Shown: positions 10,701-17,824, numbered from the stretch's first letter. The stretch: 20,000 nucleotides of DNA from an uncultured virus (IMG/VR IMGVR_UViG_3300030329_002891) (IMGVR_UViG_3300030329_002891); one strand, 5' to 3'. Numbers and translations are program-made. Notes: generated by a model from the sequence alone, not told the origin.

Positions 10701-10741
10701 CAAAAAATTATAACGCAACAAAACATAATCATAAAAATTAA
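7724..10741 (+). CDS. Multi-domain adhesin/fibre: three LamG-like domains and two CBM-like (galactose-binding fold) domains
   Basis: LamG motifs occur three times (WTFACW...WYRVV...AYVNG; ITVSAWV...WTHVV...LYING; FSVSCWV...WYHVV...LYLNG...GEIDDVLIY). Two CBM-like units start IVNPTF / VNGDFE and end VDNVYL / IDDFSIKEV. Confidence 0.8.
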   Translation: MATTIQTIETPKRARALDTSGNNNHGQIYSGRALEFDGVTDYFQHNGGTAITGVNSFADGSPWTFACWMYFNDGSGEDFFVGKDGSTQPHLLFRQNSNEHTLKFRDNNADYYLFSSTALNLNTWYRVVITTDGTSMTAYVNGVVYGTITAGQANVAANDNFDTTEMRFTAWGIPYETGSVRQNAFDGMMSDGQVWDTTWTADDVTYDYLNPESLALNRGGTSLTNSNLKIWYPMQDGHRGQQSYILDASNTGLGDNIIVNPTFATSIALGSNGSGWEDESTGSSTATFSGGGGKLLSDGSNTCRLRAHTAADSANVVTSGTTYKLTYDIISNNSVAADKFSYYDGSNTVTVSEVEGSYELYYTAKGTVFQFQLTDSGVDSGDYIIVDNVYLYPINDKNNATTVFYGDEEAVNGDFETFPTLHASNDDTFTDESVDGSQNVTMVTETSVANNGSKSAKATLNDTSGHITYNKTDYVVGRTYEASVAMRAGGSQTITNFQMYAAETIRGTATAGSAITPTGGFQTASVTFVATATTMFVNMNFTGTNGHYSFIDDFSIKEVGTATGWTDADQQLHIPQTALQSYNELAWFDGYADYVQLSDPYNHNLITVSAWVYVGWETSAHKCWFANRDSANDGLMLTVSQTEKLYAKFNGQTLASSTSIPTGKWTHVVYTYDDATMKLYINGMQDSNTQAFTTSDMAVTTNARIGVDSQAGLLYDFPGSITELSIWAAALTQAEVNELYNDGKALNATIHSKAITASTNLKGYFRNNGLSTWTDLSDDYSNNGTSSSLTETILIAEGVDGSRDSQGFIMNKPRNTSSLNLPIGTDDYVHVPTRTDGGDDDLAFIGVGDGFSVSCWVKKNNVSGGEWVINRNDAEDGWRLGFDGDEKLKFQIEVGGAIGTGAITDSALSLNTWYHVVGTFDGDPSNDGSGVVKLYLNGVNGGATTNDATSADMVTSAANSIPLTIGLGHLGYFEGEIDDVLIYDDVLTQAEVTKNYNATKHNHKN

Positions 10742-10744
10742 AAA

Positions 10745-11197
10745 ATGGCACATTACGAATTATATATATGTTTAACTAAAGCAACTTACGAATCTGCAGT
10801 ACCAAGTGTATTACAGCCTAAATTAGGATGGAAAACATTTGCGTCTGATTTACCTACTAATTCTAATACAGTAGCAGAGATTAAAGCCTGGATGGACTCT
10901 AAGTCTTTAAGTTATTCATCTAGTGATTTAAAAGCAGATTTATTAAATACAATTGATAATACTCCAACTGAAAACTACACCCCAACATGGGAAGAAGCCG
11001 CTTTTAAAGGCAAATTAGGCGCGCCAAGAAAGAGTTTGGACGGTGAACTTATAATAGTAAAAGGAGAGTTTAGTTTATTACAAGGAGAATTAACAGCAAT
11101 AATAGCTTTAGGTAATGGACTAGCATATCCAAATAATTCTGTGTTAACAAAAACAGAAGCACAAACATTAGTAAGTGGTGAATTATTTAACGAATAA
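10745..11197 (+). CDS. Fibre-associated small protein with an internal HeH/LEM/SAP-like motif
   Basis: 150 aa. TVAEIKAWMDSKSLSYSSSDLKADLL resembles the helix-extension-helix motif. The C-terminal PRKSLDG...LTKTEAQ pattern resembles small proteins that follow LamG fibre genes (from recollection). Confidence 0.5.
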   Translation: MAHYELYICLTKATYESAVPSVLQPKLGWKTFASDLPTNSNTVAEIKAWMDSKSLSYSSSDLKADLLNTIDNTPTENYTPTWEEAAFKGKLGAPRKSLDGELIIVKGEFSLLQGELTAIIALGNGLAYPNNSVLTKTEAQTLVSGELFNE

Positions 11198-11202
11198 ACA
11201 AT

Positions 11203-11355
11203 ATGGGATTTATACAAAAATTAGCAAAACGCAGTCCAAGAGTTTATAAAAAAACTTCTAAAGAAAAGTATATTATAAAAAATGATACTTTATATAAAAA
11301 AGTAGAAGAAAAGAAAAAAAGTATATTAGATTATTTAAATCCTAAAAACTGGTAA
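11203..11355 (+). CDS. Small basic hypothetical protein (50 aa), absent from the supplied ORF track
   Basis: ATG 11203 to TAA 11355 encodes MGFIQKLAKRSPRVYKKTSKEKYIIKNDTLYKKVEEKKKSILDYLNPKNW. It fills the gap almost exactly: 5 nt after the previous stop and 1 nt before the next ATG. Confidence 0.7.
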   Translation: MGFIQKLAKRSPRVYKKTSKEKYIIKNDTLYKKVEEKKKSILDYLNPKNW

Positions 11356-11356
11356 T

Positions 11357-12082
11357 ATGGCATTAGGTCTTGGAATAGCAAATGAATTATTAGAAACACC
11401 TACTTTATGGAGCCCCTATAATCAGGGTTTAGCTAATAATTTAGAATTTTGGTATGAAAATAATAATGATATTACTACTAGCGCTTGGCTAGATCAATCA
11501 AAAAATAATAATGATGCAACGCAAGGAACCTCATTAAGGCAGCCTGATGTTTTTCAAGGGGGCTTACGTTTTAACGGGACAAGCGATTATATGGATATGG
11601 ATAGTAAATTTACCATAGCGCAAGGAGGCCCGTTTGCTGTATTTATGGTAATGAAATTGGCGAGTGCATCTAATTGTGTATTTTTATCTGATAGTGCTAG
11701 TGAGTTTTTTGAAATTATGACAACAAAAAAATTTAGATTTAAAGGAAGTAACGGAGGAGCTTTAACAACAGTAATGACGTTTTCAGATGTTCAATTTAAT
11801 ATTGGTGAAGTAATAATTCTTTCTGTATTGCGAGATCCTGAAGGTAATTTCTTTTTGTATAAAGATGGAGAGCAAGTGGTTCCTGACGGAGGAAGTTCAC
11901 AAAATTTAAATAACGATAGAGGGTTTGATATTTTTAATTTAGGAGTAAGAAATGATAATGATAGACTTTTTGAAGGTATTATATACGAAATTTTTATGTA
12001 TAATAAAAAACTTGATGATCCTCAATTAGATAACGCACACGAATATTTAAAATCAAAATTTAGCGCATTTGCAGATGATTAA
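11357..12082 (+). CDS. LamG-like lectin-fold fibre/adhesin with N-terminal LGLG peptide
   Basis: MALGLGIA start; LEFWY...WLDQSKNNNDATQ...P...LRFNG and FEGIIYEIFMYNKKL...YLKSKF are characteristic of phage LamG-like domains. Confidence 0.75.
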   Translation: MALGLGIANELLETPTLWSPYNQGLANNLEFWYENNNDITTSAWLDQSKNNNDATQGTSLRQPDVFQGGLRFNGTSDYMDMDSKFTIAQGGPFAVFMVMKLASASNCVFLSDSASEFFEIMTTKKFRFKGSNGGALTTVMTFSDVQFNIGEVIILSVLRDPEGNFFLYKDGEQVVPDGGSSQNLNNDRGFDIFNLGVRNDNDRLFEGIIYEIFMYNKKLDDPQLDNAHEYLKSKFSAFADD

Positions 12083-13208
12083 TAAAATAAAAATTATAAT
12101 ATTAATTTTAATAATGGTTTCTTGTGCGACACCAAAAAAATGTTGCGCGCAAAAAGACTATAAAAAATATTTTGAAGATTTTAATTTAGAGAAGACTTTA
12201 AAAAGACATATAAAATTTTCTACAATTTATGGTGCTGTTAATGGAGGAACATCTGTTTCAGATGTAAAAACATATGCGGTTTCTACAGGACAATTAGAAG
12301 AGGGGGTTATAGAAACACCATTTGATTATTCTGTAACTTTAGGAATTAGAAAAATAGCTAGATTTGGATATGAAAATAAAGCACAAACATTTTATGACGG
12401 AACAGAATCTAATTATACAGATGCTGCAACTGTTGGTAAAGTTCAGGGCTTTGAATATTTATTTGAAGTAGACTATGCAAGACAACAAGGCGTAGACTAT
12501 ATTGATCAACATCATTTTATTAGATATAGTTCAGATGATAATTGTGAAGGCCCATATTGTATAGATCATTTTGCTGCAAAATTAGAATATTTAAAAGATG
12601 GTTTTGCTGATGTAGAATATTTTGAATTATCAGAAAGATATAGATATAAAAAAAATAAATACTTGGCTTTAAGCGTAGGCGCTGCTCACAGATTGGCAGA
12701 ACCTTACGGGTATAACCCACTAGAGGAATGGATTTTGGATAATGGGAATTTACATTACACTTACTTGGCAATACAAGAAGGCTACACAATAGACGTTGCT
12801 AATAGTGAGTATAAAGATCCAGACGGAAATATAGTGGCTAACAGTTCAGAGGTGTGGAAAGAAGTGGTTATACCGCAAGTATTAGCTAATTATACACAAA
12901 GAAAAAGAAATGAATTAAGTAAGCAAATTCAACATTCAATAATATTAGGATTTGATTACTATCATTATAATAAAAACAAATGGATACACGCTTGGGGTAA
13001 TCTTTTACCTTATCACTACGACGACGGAAACGAATTTTCTTATCATAAATACAATAATGGTGAACAATGGTACGATTACTCAGGCGGTGTAATATACGGA
13101 GTGAAAGTAGATAGACATCTAGGTTATTTTGTAGAAGCAAAATATAATAGATATTGGAACAGAGAATGGTATGATTTTAAATTTGGTGTAAATTATGTTA
13201 TTTTCTAG
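12075..13208 (+). CDS. Exported protein, probable outer-membrane beta-barrel (377 aa)
   Basis: Likely start is ATG 12075 rather than TTG 12069. Basic-hydrophobic leader with VSC lipobox-like site. Aromatic-rich alternating strands and C-terminal YDFKFGVNYVIF beta-signal-like end. Confidence 0.6.
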   Translation: MINKIKIIILILIMVSCATPKKCCAQKDYKKYFEDFNLEKTLKRHIKFSTIYGAVNGGTSVSDVKTYAVSTGQLEEGVIETPFDYSVTLGIRKIARFGYENKAQTFYDGTESNYTDAATVGKVQGFEYLFEVDYARQQGVDYIDQHHFIRYSSDDNCEGPYCIDHFAAKLEYLKDGFADVEYFELSERYRYKKNKYLALSVGAAHRLAEPYGYNPLEEWILDNGNLHYTYLAIQEGYTIDVANSEYKDPDGNIVANSSEVWKEVVIPQVLANYTQRKRNELSKQIQHSIILGFDYYHYNKNKWIHAWGNLLPYHYDDGNEFSYHKYNNGEQWYDYSGGVIYGVKVDRHLGYFVEAKYNRYWNREWYDFKFGVNYVIF

Positions 13209-13229
13209 TATTAACTTAAAAATTTAAAA

Positions 13230-13706
13230 ATGAAAAAATTATTATTAACAATTAGTTTAGTATTTGCAACAATGTTTGCTTCAGCACAATTTATGGCAAT
13301 TACCACTATTAACAAAGTAGAAGGCGTAAAAGCAACACCTCCTAGCACAACTGAAGTATATGAAGGTGATGAATGTCCTACGTCTGACACAGAAGATTCT
13401 TATAATATAACTGACAAAATTGGAATAGGTTATATGGTAAACGAAAAAATAATGGTAGGAGTTACTAAAGACGGTGAAGAAGCTTATGAATTAATAGGAA
13501 GATATATGATTAAAGATGGTTTGTGGGCTACCTGTATATATAATCATGATGAAAATTCTGATGCTGAAATGAAAGATAAACTAGATTTAGGTATAGGATA
13601 TTCTATGAAAATTTGGAAAGAACTTTATATTGAGCCTAACTATACAATGCCAATGAAAGAAGATGGTGAGGGTAGTTTTAATTTAGGTATAGCATACAAA
13701 TTTTAA
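13230..13706 (+). CDS. Small outer-membrane beta-barrel protein (OmpA-TM/PorT-like, about 8 strands or fewer)
   Basis: Sec signal MKKLLLTISLVFATMFASA|Q. Strands IGIGYM, LIGRY, LDLGIGYS, LYIEPNY. Terminal FNLGIAYKF BAM beta-signal. Confidence 0.8.
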   Translation: MKKLLLTISLVFATMFASAQFMAITTINKVEGVKATPPSTTEVYEGDECPTSDTEDSYNITDKIGIGYMVNEKIMVGVTKDGEEAYELIGRYMIKDGLWATCIYNHDENSDAEMKDKLDLGIGYSMKIWKELYIEPNYTMPMKEDGEGSFNLGIAYKF

Positions 13707-13707
13707 T

Positions 13708-14076
13708 ATGTATACTTACAACATTAAACTAGATAGGGTTATTGATGGGGATACTATTGATGCCAATATAGATTTAGGGTTTGATACATGGGTAAAAAAA
13801 AGAGTGAGGTTTTCGGGGGTTAATACCCCTGAATCCCGCACTAGGGATCTTGAAGAAAAAGCAAAAGGCTTAGCTGCAAAAGACAGAGTTAAACAATTAT
13901 TAGAAGGCAGTAATAGAATACAATTAACTTCATATGGGGTTGGCAAATATGGAAGGTGTTTAGGGGAGTTACATATAGACGTTGTAGACGGAAAAGAAAA
14001 AATAACAATGGAAAGTGTAAATGAATTATTAATCAAAGAGGGCCATGCCGTAGAGTATCATGGAGGAAAAAGATAA
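13708..14076 (+). CDS. Thermonuclease (staphylococcal nuclease, SNase) family protein
   Basis: RVIDGDT, RVRFSGVNTPE, KYGRCLG and VNELLIKEGHA match the SNase motif order. No signal peptide. Confidence 0.88.
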   Translation: MYTYNIKLDRVIDGDTIDANIDLGFDTWVKKRVRFSGVNTPESRTRDLEEKAKGLAAKDRVKQLLEGSNRIQLTSYGVGKYGRCLGELHIDVVDGKEKITMESVNELLIKEGHAVEYHGGKR

Positions 14077-14080
14077 AATT

Positions 14081-14254
14081 ATGATAAATTGGATAAACGG
14101 TTTTAATGCTGGTAATAAAAAAGAAAAATATACATTAAATTTTAGATTAGGAACTTTTACTGTTTTAGAAATAAAAGCATGTTTGTTTTGTGATGAAAAT
14201 TGTACAGCTAAAAGATTTAGATTTATGATTTTTAATTTAGGTCTTGAGTTTTAA
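14081..14254 (+). CDS. Small hypothetical protein (57 aa)
   Basis: ATG 14081 lies 4 nt after the SNase stop and is preferred over the overlapping 14060 start. Contains CLFCDENC. Stop is coupled to the next start (TAATG). Confidence 0.6.
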   Translation: MINWINGFNAGNKKEKYTLNFRLGTFTVLEIKACLFCDENCTAKRFRFMIFNLGLEF

Positions 14255-14487
14255 TGACAATGAAAGAAGACATATCATTAATGCAACATAGAATGGACTC
14301 AATGGACGATAAATTAGATAAAATGGACGCTAAATTAGATATGTTAACTGAAAAGTTATTAAATCCAGATAATGGAGTAACAGCAAGAGTTAATAAAAAT
14401 ACATCATACCGAAAGGTTATGACGAAAGCATTATGGGTAATATATACTGTTACTATAGGTTTAATTATAAAATTATTTTGGGGATAA
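14254..14487 (+). CDS. Coiled-coil protein with C-terminal transmembrane helix (XhlA/holin-like architecture)
   Basis: Heptad repeat MDSMDDKLDKMDAKLDML, then hydrophobic ALWVIYTVTIGLIIKLFW. Confidence 0.6.
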   Translation: MTMKEDISLMQHRMDSMDDKLDKMDAKLDMLTEKLLNPDNGVTARVNKNTSYRKVMTKALWVIYTVTIGLIIKLFWG

Positions 14488-14768
14488 TGTCTAAAGAATT
14501 AAATGAAGATACTAGTTTTAAAGTAAGTATAAAAACGCTTATTGCTATAGGTTTTGGTATGGCAACTTTAATATCTATGTGGTTTATGCTACAAGCTGAT
14601 ATAGAAGAGGCTAAAGAATTACCTGTGCCTCCTGCTCCTGATGTAACACGTATGGAGTTTGATATGAAAGATCAAATGATACGAAACACTATTATGGAAA
14701 CACAAGAAGACGTAAAGGAAATTAAAGAGTCTATGGAAAAAATAGAAGATAAATTATATAATAGATAA
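14487..14768 (+). CDS. Single-pass membrane protein with C-terminal coiled coil (93 aa)
   Basis: Start at ATG 14487 (TAATG overlap). TM LIAIGFGMATLISMWFML, Pro linker, coiled coil VKEIKESMEKIEDKL. Confidence 0.65.
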   Translation: MSKELNEDTSFKVSIKTLIAIGFGMATLISMWFMLQADIEEAKELPVPPAPDVTRMEFDMKDQMIRNTIMETQEDVKEIKESMEKIEDKLYNR

Positions 14769-15130
14769 TGGAAGACGAATTACCTGCTTGGAAAATGTAT
14801 GTTTTATATCTTGGTATTTTAGGATTAGTTTTATGGAGCAGTTTAGCTTATGGTCAAATAGAAGCTAAATATTTTAATGCAGAATGGAATAAATCTAATG
14901 ATGTAGACTGGTTTATGAAATTAGCAGACTGTAAAACTAAATCAGTGGTAGATATAAGTAAGGATACAGAATCGCAAAGTAAATATAAAATAGCGGTAAT
15001 ACCTACTATTATTATATTTAAAGATGGTGAAGAGGTTGCCAGATTTCAAGCGGATCTTAGTTTTAAAATGGTAGCAACAAGGGAAGAAATACAAGAAGAA
15101 ATTGACAACATACTAATGAGTGACTTTTAA
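14768..15130 (+). CDS. Exported thioredoxin-fold protein lacking CxxC
   Basis: Hydrophobic leader ending SLAYG|Q. FNAEWNKSN sits where FxAxWCxxC normally is. KYKIAVIPTIIIFKDGEEVARF matches the Trx cis-Pro/beta-hairpin region. Confidence 0.8.
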   Translation: MEDELPAWKMYVLYLGILGLVLWSSLAYGQIEAKYFNAEWNKSNDVDWFMKLADCKTKSVVDISKDTESQSKYKIAVIPTIIIFKDGEEVARFQADLSFKMVATREEIQEEIDNILMSDF

Positions 15131-15131
15131 T

Positions 15132-15362
15132 ATGTGGGACTTATTTAAAAATAAAAACGAAATAAACGAAAAAAATATAATTGGATTTATATCTTTTGGT
15201 ATTATGGTTTTGTTTGCTTTTGCAGATCTTATTACTAGTTTTATATATTCAGGTGATGAGGCATATTTATTAATTAATGATACTATATATAATTCATTTG
15301 TTTTTGTTACATTAGGATGTTTTGGAATTAGCACTTTTGAAAAAATTAAAACTAAAGAATAA
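15132..15362 (+). CDS. Two-TM small membrane protein (holin-like)
   Basis: Start ATG 15132. TMs IIGFISFGIMVLFAFADLI and FVFVTLGCFGI. Charged C-terminus EKIKTKE. Confidence 0.6.
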   Translation: MWDLFKNKNEINEKNIIGFISFGIMVLFAFADLITSFIYSGDEAYLLINDTIYNSFVFVTLGCFGISTFEKIKTKE

Positions 15363-17824
15363 TGAAAAAATTATTATTATTACTATTGTTACCTATAATA
15401 ACTTTTGCGCAAAAAGAAGTAGTTGTGCATGTTAAAACTGATACATGGCCATCTGAAACGGCATGGGTTTTATATAAAGATGCATACCAGGGAGACACTA
15501 TAGGATACGTTCCTTATGGTTATTATACATCGTCTAACTTTATGCATAGAGATACTATTTATATGGCTGATAGTATTACTAATATATCATTTGTTATATT
15601 TGATAGTTATGGAGACGGAATAGTTAATGGAGAATATTATGTAACAATATGTGGTGATACTGTAGTGAGCTATCCTGTATCTACATTTACAAATGGTTTA
15701 ATACACAATAGAACTGTACCTCAATGCATGCCTCAACCACCTCCAACACAAACAGTTGGAGCTAAAGTTATTATTAATTTAGATCAATATCAAAGCGAAA
15801 CTAGCTGGGATATAAAAGATACAAATGGAGTAGTATACGCTTCAGGGGGAGGGTACTATACGCAACCTGATTATGCAACTATAGTAACTCCCGTTCAAAT
15901 ACCTAAAGGCCAGATGATATTTACTATATACGATACCTATGGAGACGGTTTAAATGGGGCGTTATGGCAAGGTCAAGATGGTTCTTATTTTGTAAAGCAG
16001 TGTAATGATACTTTAATATACGGTACAAATCCTGCATTCGGAAATGATACATCTCATATTTTTGTATCTGATTCTTGTCCACCTATATTAGGATGTACAG
16101 ATGATGATTATGTAGAATGGAATCCTTTTGCAACGGTAGATGACGGGAGCTGTCAAACATTAAAAATATTTGGATGTATAGACTCAACTATGTTTAATTA
16201 CGATCCAGGAGCTAATACAATGCAACTTATAGATACATGCACGTTTAAATTAGTATTACATGATTTAATGGGTAATGGATGGGTTGGATCACATTTAAAA
16301 CTTATACATCCTGATACATCATATCAATTTACTCATACAGGAGGATTTGATGACGTGTACTATGTAGGATTAACAGCTCCAGATCCAATAACATTTAGAT
16401 TTCATATATCTTCACAAGCAAGTTTAACTACAATAGAGTGTGGTTTTACATTTATAAATCCTGAAGGGGATACATTAATAAGTATACAGCCTCCATTTAT
16501 ACAACCTTTATTACCTTATCAGCTAATAACAAATTGTGGTAATACATGTGAAGAAAAAGTATTTGGATGTTTAGATTCTTTAGCCTTTAACTATGATACT
16601 TTAGCAAATACAGATGACGGTAGTTGTTATTATACTCCAGGATGCATGAACTCATCTTATTTAGAATATTATACCCAAGGTTTTGTTGCGGATTATGATG
16701 ATGGTACGTGTATAACGTTAGCTGTATGGGGATGTATAGATAGCACAGCATTTAATTATGATTCATTAGCTAATATTAGTAACGGAGGATGTATACCTGT
16801 TATAACTGGATGCATGCAACCTTTGGCGTTTAATTATAATCCAAACGCTAATACGCCAGATACTTGTATAGCTGTAGTTTATGGATGTACTTCACCAATA
16901 GCTTTTAATTATAATCCATTAGCAAATACCGATGACGGGTCTTGTGAAGGAGTGGTTTATGGTTGTACTGACACATCTGCTTTTAATTGGAATCCAAATG
17001 CTAATGTAGACGACAGTAGTTGTGTACCTGTTATATATGGATGTATAAATCCAGTTATGTTTAATTATTGTGATACGTGTAACACAAATGACGGAAGCTG
17101 TATAGAAGTACTATATGGCTGTACTGATAGTACAATGTTTAATTATAATCCTTTAGCTAATGTTAACAATAATTCTTGTGTTCCTTATATTTATGGCTGT
17201 ACTAACCCTATTATGCTCAACTACAATCCAACAGCAAATACAGAAGATTTTAGTTGTATTCCTTTTATTTACGGTTGCATGGATAGCACTGCTCTTAACT
17301 ATGATTCGCTGGCTAATACTGACAACGGTTCGTGTATTGCTATTATTCAAGGCTGCATGGATCCGAATGCGTGGAACTACGATTCGTTAGCAAATGTGAA
17401 TTTTGGACATGATTCTTTAGGGTGTCTTTATGCTGCTAATTGTACAGCGACAGAGCCAGGAGAGCCTTTCTTTTTAAATGATGAATGTTATGCTTGGGTT
17501 ATAGAAGTAGACGAGTATTGCTGTGAAAACGAATGGGATTCCATATGTCAATTAACATATAATCATTGTTATGATGGATGGATAGGCAATCCTCCTCCAT
17601 CAAGACTTGTTAATAAAGATATAAAAATATATCCAAATCCCACAACAGGAATAGTTGTGTTTAACAATTTAGTAGATGTAGCTGTTTATAACGCATATGG
17701 AAAATTAATTATTAATAAAAACGGCATAACTAAAATAGATTTGTCAAAATATAGCAATGGTATTTATAATATAAATGTTATATTTATGGGTAATAAAAGC
17801 AATCATAGAATAATAAAACAATAA
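15362..17824 (+). CDS. Secreted Cys-repeat surface protein with T9SS (Por secretion) type A C-terminal sorting domain
   Basis: Signal MKKLLLLLLLPIITFA|Q. Two N-terminal repeats (D..PSETAW/QSETSW...F.I.D.YGDG). 13 GC...C repeats. C-terminal IYPNPTTG...VYNAYGKLI...IDLSKYSNGIYNINV...RIIKQ has the TIGR04183-type CTD motif order. Confidence 0.85.
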   Translation: MKKLLLLLLLPIITFAQKEVVVHVKTDTWPSETAWVLYKDAYQGDTIGYVPYGYYTSSNFMHRDTIYMADSITNISFVIFDSYGDGIVNGEYYVTICGDTVVSYPVSTFTNGLIHNRTVPQCMPQPPPTQTVGAKVIINLDQYQSETSWDIKDTNGVVYASGGGYYTQPDYATIVTPVQIPKGQMIFTIYDTYGDGLNGALWQGQDGSYFVKQCNDTLIYGTNPAFGNDTSHIFVSDSCPPILGCTDDDYVEWNPFATVDDGSCQTLKIFGCIDSTMFNYDPGANTMQLIDTCTFKLVLHDLMGNGWVGSHLKLIHPDTSYQFTHTGGFDDVYYVGLTAPDPITFRFHISSQASLTTIECGFTFINPEGDTLISIQPPFIQPLLPYQLITNCGNTCEEKVFGCLDSLAFNYDTLANTDDGSCYYTPGCMNSSYLEYYTQGFVADYDDGTCITLAVWGCIDSTAFNYDSLANISNGGCIPVITGCMQPLAFNYNPNANTPDTCIAVVYGCTSPIAFNYNPLANTDDGSCEGVVYGCTDTSAFNWNPNANVDDSSCVPVIYGCINPVMFNYCDTCNTNDGSCIEVLYGCTDSTMFNYNPLANVNNNSCVPYIYGCTNPIMLNYNPTANTEDFSCIPFIYGCMDSTALNYDSLANTDNGSCIAIIQGCMDPNAWNYDSLANVNFGHDSLGCLYAANCTATEPGEPFFLNDECYAWVIEVDEYCCENEWDSICQLTYNHCYDGWIGNPPPSRLVNKDIKIYPNPTTGIVVFNNLVDVAVYNAYGKLIINKNGITKIDLSKYSNGIYNINVIFMGNKSNHRIIKQ
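16091..17425 (+). repeat. Coding tandem repeat, about 26 aa units GC(T/M/I)D...(F)NY.P.AN.DDGSC, 13 copies
   Basis: Counted GC-initiated units: two at 16091 onward (the second interrupted by an inserted domain) and eleven consecutive from 16565 to 17425. Units are diverged at DNA level. Confidence 0.9.

Noticed and set aside
17160..17390. Alternate-frame hydrophobic ORF inside the Cys-repeat gene (possible embedded spanin-like gene)
   Set aside because: Its hydrophobic periodicity follows from frameshifted repeat codons; no convincing lipobox or leader. Not fully excluded.
16091..17425. CRISPR array or DGR template/variable repeat
   Set aside because: Repeats are in-frame protein repeats with synonymous divergence, not identical repeats with spacers. 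No adenine-specific repeat pair or reverse transcriptase was seen in the window.
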